A stretch of DNA of 64,000 bases from a bacterium (GCA_037131755.1 JBAXQJ010000003.1:6870-70869); one strand, 5' to 3'; positions 9,644 through 19,365 are shown, counted from the stretch's first letter. Program-made: numbers and translations. The notes: generated by a model from the sequence alone, not told the origin.

Positions 9644-10210
9644 ATGTTAAACGACTATAAAAATAAAATAATATCCTTCTATAAGACTAACAAGAGGATG
9701 CCAGCCTACACGGAGATTATGAAATTGGTCGGATTTAAGTCCAAGAATGCCGTTTCCAAACTGGTTCACAAGCTTATTGATGAAGGCGTATTAGACAAGG
9801 ACTCCAGCGGTCGTCTGATACCGAACAAATTGATTGGTGAAGTGCCGGTATTGGGATTGGTGGAGGCTGGTTTTCCGACCATGACCGATGAAAGTCTCCT
9901 CGATACGATGAATATCGATGATTACCTTATTCCCAATAAAGACTCATCATATTTATTGGAAGTAAAAGGCGATTCGATGATCGAGGCCGGAATTCAGGAG
10001 GGTGATATGGTGATTGCCGAAAAAAAAGGCGAGGCCAAAGATGGTGATATTGTGATTGCCTTGGTGGATGGCGGATGGACGATGAAATATTATCGAAATA
10101 AAAAAGGCAAAGTGTTTCTGGAACCCGCCAACAAAAATTACCAGCCGATTTATCCCGAGACTCAACTCGAGATCTACGCGATCGTGAAGGGGGTGATAAG
10201 GAAATATTAA
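9644..10210 (+). CDS. lexA: LexA repressor (S24 peptidase)
   Basis: N-terminal winged helix and C-terminal S24 domain carrying the GDSM Ser and a Lys dyad. The ATG at 9644 is preferred over the TTG at 9599 and is preceded by a TATAAT-like element. Confidence 0.85.
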   Translation: MLNDYKNKIISFYKTNKRMPAYTEIMKLVGFKSKNAVSKLVHKLIDEGVLDKDSSGRLIPNKLIGEVPVLGLVEAGFPTMTDESLLDTMNIDDYLIPNKDSSYLLEVKGDSMIEAGIQEGDMVIAEKKGEAKDGDIVIALVDGGWTMKYYRNKKGKVFLEPANKNYQPIYPETQLEIYAIVKGVIRKY

Positions 10211-10299
10211 AATTGATCATCTTAATGGTGATCAATTTTAACTTGAAAAAAGCCATACAAATGTTATATTTTCCTGAAGGTTTAGGAACAATTTAATAT

Positions 10300-10372
10300 G
10301 GCTCTATCGTCTAATGGTTAGGACACGGCCTTCTCAAGGCTGGAATCGGGGTTCAACTCCCCGTAGAGTCAC
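10300..10372 (+). tRNA. tRNA-Glu (anticodon CUC), no encoded CCA
   Basis: Cloverleaf built by hand. Acceptor GGCTCTA/TAGAGTC, D-arm TCGTCTAATGGTTAGGAC, anticodon loop TTCTCAA and T-arm CGGGGTTCAACTCCCCG. The sequence closely parallels E. coli tRNA-Glu. Confidence 0.8.
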
Positions 10373-10721
10373 ATCACCACGAAAGAGACCCTTATGCAGA
10401 TACGTCTGCATCGGGGGCTTTTTCTTTTAGAGTTTCTGAATGAGTAAAAAATCCAAACACTGTACTGTTCCTGCAAGGAGAAACTGCTCCGTAGGGTTCA
10501 AAGAAAAAGGAACCAATCACTTGGTTCCGGGGCGGACATTCTTTGACTCGACTTGTGCCGGCGGGTTTTGCCGCGGCGACTTTTTTGTTAGTTGGGGCCG
10601 AAGCTTTTCCGGAATATGTCGATTTATCGATCCGCCTAAAAGAACATGTAAACATCTTTCGTGGGGGAATGGCTGCATCAGTAATCCTTTCTGTTTATTT
10701 TTTTATTGTAACAGGTATTAC

Positions 10722-10762
10722 AAAAAAGGAAAGAGCCAAATCGCGATTTGGCTCTTTTCCTG
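10722..10762. terminator. bidirectional rho-independent terminator
   Basis: Perfect palindrome AAGAGCCAAATCG/CGATTTGGCTCTT with an A-run on one side and a T-run on the other. It sits between convergent units. Confidence 0.8.
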
Positions 10763-10779
10763 ATTTTCCAAATTAAAAT

Positions 10780-11235
10780 TTACTGAAATAATTCTTCAAC
10801 CACCGCTTTGACATCGCTGCCGTCAGCCTTGCCTTTGAATTCCTTCATCAAAGTTCCCATAAATATGCCCAGCTTGCTTTTGTCGGTAATGTTTAATTCG
10901 ACTTTCTTGGCCTCGGCCACTTTTTTGATTTCTTCCCGTGACATCATCTGAGGCAGGAAAGTCTCGAGGATTTTCAATTCCGCCGTTTCGTTTTCCACCA
11001 GATCCATTCGGCCACCCTTGGTGAACTGTTCGATCGAATCTCTCCTTTGCTTGACCGCTCGTTTGATGAGGTTCAAGACATCATCATCGGCCAATTCATC
11101 CTGGGGTTTTTTGCCTTTGGCGACCAATTCATTGGTAAAGGAAGAAACCAAGCCGCGCAAGACCATCAATCTGAGCGCATCATGGGCGAGCATGGCTTCC
11201 TTGATCTTATTTTTGAAATCTGCTTGTAGTGACAT
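10780..11235 (-). CDS. GatB/YqeY domain protein
   Basis: 151 aa with the architecture and motifs of the YqeY family. Confidence 0.75.
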   Translation of the reverse strand: MSLQADFKNKIKEAMLAHDALRLMVLRGLVSSFTNELVAKGKKPQDELADDDVLNLIKRAVKQRRDSIEQFTKGGRMDLVENETAELKILETFLPQMMSREEIKKVAEAKKVELNITDKSKLGIFMGTLMKEFKGKADGSDVKAVVEELFQ

Positions 11236-11351
11236 ATATAAGTGACAGGCTGTAGGTGTTAGGTTTTAGCTTGTAGGATAATATATAACAAAGCCAAGTT
11301 TCCTCCAACCGCATTTCCAATTCTAGCACGAACTATGATAGAATTACAGGT

Positions 11352-12434
11352 ATGGAAATACTTTTAATTGCAATTCTGATTATATTTTTAATCGTCAATG
11401 GACTCTTGCTCTGGCTGTTCCTAAACAAGAAAAACCAGCCGGTGGAAAACAAAGGCGACGAGATGGGTCTAAAGCTCATCCTTCAGCAGATAAACGAATT
11501 AAACCGGACGGTGGACAACAAGATGAGCGAGACCTCTCGCCATATGAACGAGTCAGTCCGCAACCAATTCAGCGAGTCGGCCAAACTCATCCGCGATGTG
11601 ACGCAGGGCTTGACCAAGCTGGACGAGACCAACAAACAAGTCGTCTCTTTTGCCGACCAATTGCAATCGCTTCAGGATATCTTGAAAAATCCAAAACAGC
11701 GCGGTATTTTGGGCGAGTATTATTTGGAGACACTTCTGAAAAACGTCTTGCCACCTGGCAGCTATGAGATGCAATACAAGCTGGGCAAAGATGAAGACGG
11801 AGCCGACTTGATTCCCGATGCCGTTGTGTTTGTGAAAGAAAAAATCATCCCCGTCGATTCAAAGTTTTCACTCGAAAATTATAATCGGATTATCGAACAA
11901 AAAGATCCAGTCGAAAAAGAAAAGTTAGAAAGACTGTTTGTGAATGATTTGAAAAACCGAATTACCGAGACTTCAAAATATATCCAGCCAGCCAAAGGCA
12001 CGATGGACTTTGCTTTTATGTTTATTCCGCACGAGGCGATCTATTACGATTTACTGATCAACAAAATCGGATCATTGAAAGAAGATACGGAAAGTCTGAT
12101 CCAGCGAGCGGCGTCAAAATACAAGGTGATCATTGTGTCGCCGACCTCGTTTTTGGCCTACTTACAGACCGTTTTGCAGGGCTTGAAGGCGATGCAGATT
12201 GAAGAGCAGGCCAAGGATATTGTGAAGAGAGTCGGGGATTTGACTGTTCATTTGAAGAAATATGCCGAAAAGTATGACAAGCTTGGCAAATCGATCGTGA
12301 CGGTGGTCAATCAGTATACGGACGGGTCAAAGGAGTTCAAAAAGATCGACAAAGACATTATCCGTATCACCGAAGCCGATGTGGCGCTTGGCTATGAACC
12401 CCTGGCTATTGAAAAGCCGGAAACTGAGGAATAA
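11352..12434 (+). CDS. rmuC: DNA recombination protein RmuC
   Basis: 360 aa; N-terminal TM segment, coiled coil and the conserved RmuC C-terminal region GTMDFAFMFIPHEAIY. Confidence 0.8.
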   Translation: MEILLIAILIIFLIVNGLLLWLFLNKKNQPVENKGDEMGLKLILQQINELNRTVDNKMSETSRHMNESVRNQFSESAKLIRDVTQGLTKLDETNKQVVSFADQLQSLQDILKNPKQRGILGEYYLETLLKNVLPPGSYEMQYKLGKDEDGADLIPDAVVFVKEKIIPVDSKFSLENYNRIIEQKDPVEKEKLERLFVNDLKNRITETSKYIQPAKGTMDFAFMFIPHEAIYYDLLINKIGSLKEDTESLIQRAASKYKVIIVSPTSFLAYLQTVLQGLKAMQIEEQAKDIVKRVGDLTVHLKKYAEKYDKLGKSIVTVVNQYTDGSKEFKKIDKDIIRITEADVALGYEPLAIEKPETEE

Positions 12435-12532
12435 GGTTGTAGAATTATCTTCATTGCAAAATAAAATATTTTGTGGTAATTTTTTGTTAGGAAGTGGTTC
12501 CAATAATAATTAATGAAAGGTGGGTTTAAAAC

Positions 12533-12943
12533 ATGTCAGCTATTGAAATTCTTTGCTACTCTGACGAGTGTTTGAAATTGTGTTGGGTCTTTCTTGCTAT
12601 TGCTCTTGCTGTGACTTTGTCTCTGAAGGAAGGCGTCAAGACTGATGTTGATTCAAACCTGGCATTATTTTTTGGTGGCACTGGTATTGTGCTAACAGTT
12701 TTCCAGACATTTATAGCTATATGGTCAGTCTGGGCGGATTATTCTACGCCTTGGGCTGTCATACTTCTACCGGTCTGTGCAATTATGCTGGTTTGGGGAA
12801 TGATCTGGGGGAATCACCCACGCTGGACTTGTTCATTTGTTGGTACAATAATTGCCATCGTTGGACCGATTGTTGCCTTGTTTTATTCCAGCTGGACTTT
12901 GTTCGGTGGCGCGTGGCATTATTGGTACCAATATTTGGCGTAA
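12533..12943 (+). CDS. hypothetical small membrane protein (4 predicted TM segments)
   Basis: 136 aa and hydrophobic, rich in Trp and Gly; no recognisable family. Confidence 0.4.
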   Translation: MSAIEILCYSDECLKLCWVFLAIALAVTLSLKEGVKTDVDSNLALFFGGTGIVLTVFQTFIAIWSVWADYSTPWAVILLPVCAIMLVWGMIWGNHPRWTCSFVGTIIAIVGPIVALFYSSWTLFGGAWHYWYQYLA

Positions 12944-12963
12944 GTGTAAGTATGAGTGAGTGA

Positions 12964-13000
12964 CACTCCCGGTTGAAAAATCCCGGGAGTATTTTATTTT
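12964..13000 (+). terminator. rho-independent terminator
   Basis: Hairpin ACTCCCGG...CCGGGAGT followed by ATTTTATTTTT. Confidence 0.7.
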
Positions 13001-13051
13001 TATGGGTAGAAAATACTTGCTTTTTAAAATAAATCGTGTAATATACACCCT

Positions 13052-13369
13052 ATGGAATTTGCAGTAATAAACACAGGCGGAAAACAATATAAGGTATCAG
13101 CTGGCGACTCAGTCAAAATTGAGAAGCTTTCTGGCGATTATAAAGTTGGCGACAAAGTCGTCTTTGACAAGGTTTTATTGGTTGATAATGGCAAGGATAC
13201 GACAATCGGCACACCGACAATCAAGGGTGCAGCCGTCAACGCTACCATTGAAAAGATCAGCCGAGCTCAGAAAGTGACCGTCATCCACTACAAGCAAAAG
13301 AGCCGATATTTCAAGAAAAACGGTCACCGACAGCCTTACTTCCAAGTCAAGATTGAATCAATTAAATAA
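13052..13369 (+). CDS. rplU: 50S ribosomal protein L21
   Basis: 105 aa; MEFAVINTGGKQYKV... Confidence 0.92.
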   Translation: MEFAVINTGGKQYKVSAGDSVKIEKLSGDYKVGDKVVFDKVLLVDNGKDTTIGTPTIKGAAVNATIEKISRAQKVTVIHYKQKSRYFKKNGHRQPYFQVKIESIK

Positions 13370-13371
13370 TC

Positions 13372-13397
13372 AAAAAACCGCCCTCTAGGCGGTTTTT
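13372..13397. terminator. bidirectional terminator between rplU and recR
   Basis: AAAAAACCGCCCTCTAGGCGGTTTTT. Confidence 0.8.
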
Positions 13398-14013
13398 AGT
13401 TTCTGTTTTGCAAAGCGCTTTTGATCGTATCGGCATCAGAATATTCGAGCTCGGTGCCGGTGGATAGGCCGCGGCCAAGATGAGAGATTTTTATGTCGTA
13501 TTTTGTGACCAGCGGGGAGAGGGCTTGGATCAGATAATGACCGGTATATTCTCCCTCAGTGTTGGCGTTCAGACCCAAAATAATCTCCTTCAATCCGGTT
13601 TGCGACTTTTTCTCTATCAGAGAAACCAATTCTTTGAGGCGTATTTTGTTTTCCGGATTTTTGTCTAAAATCGGAACGTTGCCACCCAGGACAAAATATT
13701 TGCCATCAAAGGAATGGCTCTTCTCGATATTTTCCAGGTCAACGTCGCGACTTACGATCATGAGCGTCGTGTCTGGACGGGTCTTGCTGGCGCAGATTTC
13801 GCATCTGACACCCAAACTTTTGTTTTTTGTAAAATAGCGCTGGCAGTCTTGACAGATGGAGATTTCCTTTTCCAATTCTTTGACGAGCTCGATAAATTCC
13901 TGGATGTAGCTTTTATTCCTAGTTAAAAGGAAATACACAAAACGCTTGGCTTGGCGCGGTCCAATGCCTGGGAATTCGGTGAATATTTGCGTTAGTTTGT
14001 GAATGGAATCCAT
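13396..14013 (-). CDS. recR: recombination protein RecR
   Basis: 205 aa; HhH motif, C4 zinc finger (CQDC...CEIC) and a Toprim domain. Confidence 0.9.
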   Translation of the reverse strand: MDSIHKLTQIFTEFPGIGPRQAKRFVYFLLTRNKSYIQEFIELVKELEKEISICQDCQRYFTKNKSLGVRCEICASKTRPDTTLMIVSRDVDLENIEKSHSFDGKYFVLGGNVPILDKNPENKIRLKELVSLIEKKSQTGLKEIILGLNANTEGEYTGHYLIQALSPLVTKYDIKISHLGRGLSTGTELEYSDADTIKSALQNRN

Positions 14014-14064
14014 GATTTTGTAGAAAGTAGATCGTGGTTATTAGATTGAAAAAAGGAAAACTAA

Positions 14065-15462
14065 TTAAAATATGTCAGCTGATTTGTTGGAATTATCAAA
14101 ATCCTTGAAATCGCTGCTTTTATCAATATCCAAGAAGGTGGATTTGTCCTGATCGAAATAAAGATCAATCTTGCCGGTCGGACCGTTTCGGTGCTTTTCG
14201 ATCAAAATCTCGGCGATGTTGGTCTTTTCGGACTCATCCTTGTATTTGTCTTCGCGGTGAATGAACATAACCACGTCGGCATCCTGTTCGATTGAACCAG
14301 AATCTCGCAAGTCGGACAGGCGAGGGCGGCCACCACGCTGTTCGACGGCACGGGAAAGCTGGGAGAGGGCCAAGACCGGAACATCGAATTCGCGAGCCAA
14401 ATGCTTGAGAGAGCGGGAAATTTCGGTAACTTGCTGGACCACATTGTCCGAACCCTTGCTTTGGACCGGTGCCATGAGCTGCAAGTAGTCGACAATCACC
14501 AAGCCGATGCCTTTTTCGTTTTTCAGACGGCGAATAACTCCGCGCATTTTGAGGATATTGTTGGCCGGTTGGTCATCAACATAAATCGGCGCTTGAGAGA
14601 GCGGACCGAGTGAGTTTCTGATTTTTTCGAATTCGCTATCGAGAGTGAGCTTGCCGGTTCGTAGTTTCCAGGCGTCGACGCGCGATTCAGCGGCGATCAT
14701 ACGGTCGACCAGCTGTTGGTTGGACATTTCCAAGGAGAAGATAGCGACCGGAATTTGGTGCTTGATGGCGGCTTGGCGGGCAATATCGAGGGCGAGAGAG
14801 GTCTTACCGCAGGAAGGTCGAGCGGCAAGGATGATGAGGTCGGATTTTTGCAGACCGGACAATTTGGCATCCAAATCGCGGAAGCCGGTCGGCACACCAC
14901 GGAGCTCGTCTTTGGTCTTGTGCAAGCGGTCCAAACGATCCATAGCTGGACCAATAGCGTCTGCCAGGCGAATGAATTTGTTTGAGGTCGCGCCTTGGGT
15001 CACTTCATAGATTTCCTTTTCGGCGGTATCAAGCAGGGTGTGAAAATCTTCAGCTTCATCGTAACAAATCAAAGACACATGTTCGGAGGCTTCGAGCAGT
15101 CGGCGAGTGATGGCTTTCTTTTGAACGATCTCGGCATAGTGTTCGGCGTTGCTCGAAGAGGGAACCATATTCACCAATTCGGTCAGATAGCCCATGCCGC
15201 CGATCTGGTCGAGCTGTTCTTTGTTTTTTAATCTTTGGGAGAGGGTAAGCAAGTCGATTGGTTCGTTCTTATGGAAAAGATCGGCCATCGACTCGAAAAT
15301 AATGCGGTGTTTTTCAGAATAGAAGGCATCGGCTTGGATAACGTCCATGATGTCATGAATGGCTTCTGGCCGGAGCATGACGGAACCTAAAAGCGCTTTC
15401 TCGGATTCGATGCTGTTTGGCGGAATGCGAATCCCACCCGGTCGTGAATTTCTGTTTGTCAT
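14065..15462 (-). CDS. dnaB: replicative DNA helicase DnaB
   Basis: 465 aa; Walker A motif GKTSLALD and the DnaB N- and C-terminal domains. Confidence 0.92.
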   Translation of the reverse strand: MTNRNSRPGGIRIPPNSIESEKALLGSVMLRPEAIHDIMDVIQADAFYSEKHRIIFESMADLFHKNEPIDLLTLSQRLKNKEQLDQIGGMGYLTELVNMVPSSSNAEHYAEIVQKKAITRRLLEASEHVSLICYDEAEDFHTLLDTAEKEIYEVTQGATSNKFIRLADAIGPAMDRLDRLHKTKDELRGVPTGFRDLDAKLSGLQKSDLIILAARPSCGKTSLALDIARQAAIKHQIPVAIFSLEMSNQQLVDRMIAAESRVDAWKLRTGKLTLDSEFEKIRNSLGPLSQAPIYVDDQPANNILKMRGVIRRLKNEKGIGLVIVDYLQLMAPVQSKGSDNVVQQVTEISRSLKHLAREFDVPVLALSQLSRAVEQRGGRPRLSDLRDSGSIEQDADVVMFIHREDKYKDESEKTNIAEILIEKHRNGPTGKIDLYFDQDKSTFLDIDKSSDFKDFDNSNKSADIF

Positions 15463-15533
15463 GGGACCATTTTAACACGGACTGTTTTTTGGGCAAACGG
15501 GAATTGGGCGTAAATTGTGGTTAAACTGTGGAC

Positions 15534-15557
15534 AAAAAAAGCGGGCTGACCCGCTTT
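15534..15557. terminator. hairpin terminator upstream of dnaB and before the orphan + gene
   Basis: AAAAAAAGCGGGCTGACCCGCTTT. Confidence 0.6.
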
Positions 15558-15687
15558 AAAATCGATAGGAAAATTAGACAAATACTTACTGTTATATGTT
15601 GACTAAATACATAAAAGTGGTAGTGTTTAATAAGAGTCAGTACACGTCCCGTCACAGTGCGGGGCATAACATAGAAAGGGGCATAAA

Positions 15688-16806
15688 ATGCCAACACAAG
15701 CAGAGGAAACAAAGAGTGGGTCAGGGGTTGGAGTCATACCGGCATCGGGTTATCATACGCTTCTCACACGGGAGATTCGGCCGCCAATTCGGAATTGGCA
15801 CGAATTTCTGGCGCTGTGGAATGCGGCAACCGATCATCAGAGGCAAGTTAGCTTGCTTCATGAAGGTTACACTATTCCATATGGTAAGTGGAATTATGAT
15901 GAGAAAGAGTATGATGCTTTTGATCGGCATATATTCTACCTTACCATTGCCGAAGGTTGGGCAGATTATAATTTGCTTCAGCTTAATGGTGATGGAGATG
16001 CGGGGTATCATCTTGGCTACGACAAATTTGGAAACAAAATTATGAAGTCGCCAAAAGAGATGCGTCAAATCTTGGCGTTGAAGGCGTTTGAGGTATTGTG
16101 CCTGAATTTCTTTAAAGGCGTTGTCCTCAAGGTGGACACTCGGAGGGGAAGGGAATTTCATGGTGATTGGGAAGGGAATATTCTCGCGGATAAATTCTTT
16201 CCGGTCATTCAGAATTTCTTCCGAGTCGAAAAGGATTACCGTGACCATATTGAGGTTCGTAATCTTTCTTGGCGGGATGATCAGTCTCATAATGAGGTTC
16301 ATGCCATTGATTTTGTCCTGAATCTGGCGAGATTTCTCTGGGGTTGGAAGGAAGTTTCCAATCCTTGGTGGATATCTAAGGATGACATGGGCAAGTGGCG
16401 GGAGAAACAGAATGCTTTGAGCACTAGGATCATTTCGGCGAGGCCATGGATTATAGAAATATTGAATCATCTGGGTCGGCTGGATTTATTACAGGAGTGG
16501 CTGCTGGATTTGGATAGGCCATGCCTAGCGAAGCTCAGGGAGATTGCCATGCGAAAGGCGTTTAGTGCTTCTCGCGAAGACATACCGGTTCGAAATCTTG
16601 AAGAGGCTTGTTATCTGGATTCAAAAGCTGGCTGGCTTCTGAAGCAGTATGAATTGAAGAAAGCTGTCCACCAGAAACTCCAGGAGGCTGAACGGAAAAG
16701 GCAGGAACGGGAGAATGGTATTCGTCGTCAAGCAGAATTGGTTCAAGCCAAAAAAGTGAGAGACGAAGCTGAACAGAAACTCAAAAAATTGGTCAACAAC
16801 AAATAA
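15688..16806 (+). CDS. hypothetical protein of unknown family (Trp-rich globular region, Lys/Glu-rich coiled-coil tail)
   Basis: 372 aa with an AGGGG ribosome-binding site 6 nt upstream. It is monocistronic and flanked by terminators. I recognise no motif. The opposite-strand ORF 15721..16470 is judged to be a shadow ORF. Confidence 0.6.
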   Translation: MPTQAEETKSGSGVGVIPASGYHTLLTREIRPPIRNWHEFLALWNAATDHQRQVSLLHEGYTIPYGKWNYDEKEYDAFDRHIFYLTIAEGWADYNLLQLNGDGDAGYHLGYDKFGNKIMKSPKEMRQILALKAFEVLCLNFFKGVVLKVDTRRGREFHGDWEGNILADKFFPVIQNFFRVEKDYRDHIEVRNLSWRDDQSHNEVHAIDFVLNLARFLWGWKEVSNPWWISKDDMGKWREKQNALSTRIISARPWIIEILNHLGRLDLLQEWLLDLDRPCLAKLREIAMRKAFSASREDIPVRNLEEACYLDSKAGWLLKQYELKKAVHQKLQEAERKRQERENGIRRQAELVQAKKVRDEAEQKLKKLVNNK

Positions 16807-16829
16807 CAGATTGGTAGTTTGAGATTATC

Positions 16830-16860
16830 CGGCGGGGTTCACCAGAACCCCGCTTTTTTA
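16830..16860. terminator. bidirectional terminator between the orphan gene and cysS
   Basis: GCGGGGTTCACCAGAACCCCGC followed by TTTTTT. Confidence 0.75.
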
Positions 16861-16870
16861 ATTTAGTATT

Positions 16871-18295
16871 TTATTTATCTCTCACCTCAAAACCCAAAGT
16901 AATAATTTGATTACGGATTTTATCAGCCTTTTCCCAGTCCTTGTTCTCGCGGGCTGCCTGACGTTCTTTTAGCAGGTGTTGGATCTCATCCGGAATTTCC
17001 TTATTTGTATCATCTTTGCCAAGTGCCAAACCTAAAACTCGATCAAAATCCAAAATCGTCGCTCGTTTATCTTCTTTTGAAAGGTTGGATTTCAGTATCT
17101 CGGAAATCAAAGCCAGACCTTGGGAAAAATTGAAATCGTCATTGATTTTGTTGGTAAATTCTTTTTTATATTTCTCGCTGACGTTGCCAGCATTGTTCCC
17201 TAAGGCAGCAATCTGCTGGAGCAGTCTTTTGTAGCCATTTTCAGCTGCGGTCAAAGCTTCCCAGGTGAAGTTTTGTTTGGAGCGATAGTTGGCCTGCAAG
17301 AAAAAGTAACGCAAGGAGAGGGGATTGTAGCCTTTTTCTTTGATCTCGGCGACGCTGTAGTTTGTCCCTTGAGACTTGGACATTTTTCCATCATTTACCA
17401 GCAACCACTCATTGTGGAGCCAATAGTTTACAAATGGGACGCCGTTGATCGCCTCGCTTTGAGCGATTTCGTTTGTGTGGTGGACTGGAATATGCTCGGC
17501 ACCGCCCATATGAAGATCGATGGTTTTTCCAAGCAAAGACCTAATCATTGCTGAACACTCAATATGCCAGCCAGGGAAGCCTTCACCGTTTTGAACCAAT
17601 GATGAAGTGAAGGGCGATGACCAATACTGCAAAGCATTTTTATGTTTGCCGGCTTTAAAAAACCAGACGGAAAAATCCTGAGGGTTTCTTTTTTGCGGAT
17701 CTTCGGTGTCGGCATTGCCGGCACCAATTTTGTTATCCTCGACTTTTTGGCCAGAGAGACGGGTGTAATCTTTGGCTTTGGTTATGTCGAAATAAACGGC
17801 CAGATCAGTTTCGTAGGCGAAACCTTTTTGGAGAAGAATCTGGACCGAGTCGATGATTTCCTTGATATATTGAGTGGCGCGAGGTTTGGCGTCAGCCTCC
17901 AGAACGTTTAAGTCTTTTATATCATCTTCGAATATCTTTATGTATTTGTCGGCAATCGCGTCGGGGTTCAATCCTTCTCGGGCTGCCGCCTTTTCCATCT
18001 TGTCTTCTCCGGTATCGCCATCGGAAGTCAGGTGTCCGACATCAGTATAATTGCGGACGAATCTTACTTTGTAGCCGTTATAGACAAAAGTCCGTCGGAT
18101 GAGATCGGCCAAAACCATCGCACGCATATTGCCGACATGCTGCGTCCAGTAGACGGTCGGACCGCAGTGATAGAACAAAACCTCACCCTTTTTAATCGGC
18201 TTGAATAATTCCTTTTTCCTTCCGAGCGTATTGTAAATATACAAATCGTTGGATGAAATATTGCCTTTAAATATTCTCTTTAGAGATTCAAACAT
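16871..18295 (-). CDS. cysS: cysteinyl-tRNA synthetase
   Basis: 474 aa; HIGH-type motif HCGPTVY...HVGNMR and KMSKS. Confidence 0.9.
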   Translation of the reverse strand: MFESLKRIFKGNISSNDLYIYNTLGRKKELFKPIKKGEVLFYHCGPTVYWTQHVGNMRAMVLADLIRRTFVYNGYKVRFVRNYTDVGHLTSDGDTGEDKMEKAAAREGLNPDAIADKYIKIFEDDIKDLNVLEADAKPRATQYIKEIIDSVQILLQKGFAYETDLAVYFDITKAKDYTRLSGQKVEDNKIGAGNADTEDPQKRNPQDFSVWFFKAGKHKNALQYWSSPFTSSLVQNGEGFPGWHIECSAMIRSLLGKTIDLHMGGAEHIPVHHTNEIAQSEAINGVPFVNYWLHNEWLLVNDGKMSKSQGTNYSVAEIKEKGYNPLSLRYFFLQANYRSKQNFTWEALTAAENGYKRLLQQIAALGNNAGNVSEKYKKEFTNKINDDFNFSQGLALISEILKSNLSKEDKRATILDFDRVLGLALGKDDTNKEIPDEIQHLLKERQAARENKDWEKADKIRNQIITLGFEVRDK

Positions 18296-18331
18296 TGTCT
18301 TTGGATTTTATACTAAAGTCTAACAATCAAA

Positions 18332-19246
18332 TTAGAACCATTTTTTCTTCTTGGCGATGGCAAATATTATCAAAGTGACGGTGATTTCGATAGCGACGAT
18401 GACGAGCCATTGGGCATTGGGGTTTATGTCGGTATTGTAAGCGGTATTCATTTGGAAAAAACCAGTGATGACTGAAAAAGGTAGGGCGAGAAAAGTAAAG
18501 ACGGTCAGAACCTTCATTGTCTCATTGGTCTTGGTGGAAAGCAAAGAATCGTTCGTATCTTTGAGTTCCAGCATCAAAGCCTTCAAATTTTCCAATATCT
18601 TGGAAATCTTGAAGTATTCGTTGGTGATACTGTCGAGCTCCAGGGCAAAATTAGGGCTGAAAATCTGCGTGCCGTTGTGCTTGAGCTGTTCCAAAATGTC
18701 TCCATGTGAAGCAATAATGTGGTTGAAATTGATAAGCTGTCGGGCTACACTAGAAAGTTCAATCACCATTTCTTTTTCCTTGCCGGCAAAAATTTTCTTT
18801 TCTACTTCGGCAAGCGATGTTGAGATCGAATCGAGCTCGTCGGACAAAGTCTGATAGACAGTCTTGATCATCGACAGGAATATCTCGCCAGAGCCAATCT
18901 CGGTTTCGTTTTTGTCCAAGATAGTATTGGTCTCGAAAATTCTGGAATATTTATCCAAAGCGTCGATCGTCTCATAGCGGTTGGTTATGATAAAGTCCCG
19001 ACCCAAGACGAAATCGATTTCCTGGCTGTAACTCTTGGTGTGAGTATGACGAAAAGCGGGGAAGTGAAGAACAAAATAGATGTAATCTTTGTGGACGATC
19101 ATCTTGTCCTTATAGGTCGGCAAAAGGATATCCTGGGCAATTTGCGGTTCCAAATTGAATTGGTCCATCATCTGTCGGGCCTCTTCTTTGGTGGGGTTTT
19201 CCGAGTCAACCCAAGTAACCGTCCGATAATTTCTCTTTTTATACAT
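18332..19246 (-). CDS. corA: magnesium/cobalt transporter CorA family
   Basis: 304 aa; two C-terminal TM segments with a GMN-like motif (FQMN). Confidence 0.75.
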   Translation of the reverse strand: MYKKRNYRTVTWVDSENPTKEEARQMMDQFNLEPQIAQDILLPTYKDKMIVHKDYIYFVLHFPAFRHTHTKSYSQEIDFVLGRDFIITNRYETIDALDKYSRIFETNTILDKNETEIGSGEIFLSMIKTVYQTLSDELDSISTSLAEVEKKIFAGKEKEMVIELSSVARQLINFNHIIASHGDILEQLKHNGTQIFSPNFALELDSITNEYFKISKILENLKALMLELKDTNDSLLSTKTNETMKVLTVFTFLALPFSVITGFFQMNTAYNTDINPNAQWLVIVAIEITVTLIIFAIAKKKKWF

Positions 19247-19365
19247 AGTGTTAAATTAATGCCGATAATTCGTTATATTATAAACCATAATACTATTCTG
19301 CGCCATGTCATGATGCCACTGGGTATCGTTTTGTATATTCTAGAAAAACATGCGATAATTCCGGT

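Noticed and set aside
10521-10700. Possible tmRNA (5' GGGGCGGACAUUCUUUGACUCGAC resembles the tmRNA 5' end)
   Set aside because: No T-arm (GGUUCGAAUCC-like) and no 3' acceptor strand complementary to the 5' end with the G3:U70 context. The available length of about 280 nt is too short. Retained only as an unknown ncRNA candidate.
10440-10763. Cys-rich 107-aa ORF as a real secreted or RiPP-type peptide
   Set aside because: No ribosome-binding site, it runs through a terminator hairpin, and its composition is that of translated GC-rich RNA structure. Kept only as a minor alternative to the ncRNA interpretation.
10390-10780. RNase P RNA in the unexplained intergenic regions (also 35354-35583 and 46643-46949)
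   Set aside because: The conserved CR-I (AGGAAAGUCCGGGC) and CR-V (ACAGAACCCGGCUUA) motifs are absent on both strands.
15721-16470. 249-aa ORF on the - strand overlapping the orphan + strand gene
   Set aside because: Pro- and Ile-rich, low-complexity translation with no ribosome-binding site. It is the antisense shadow of the better-supported + strand ORF.
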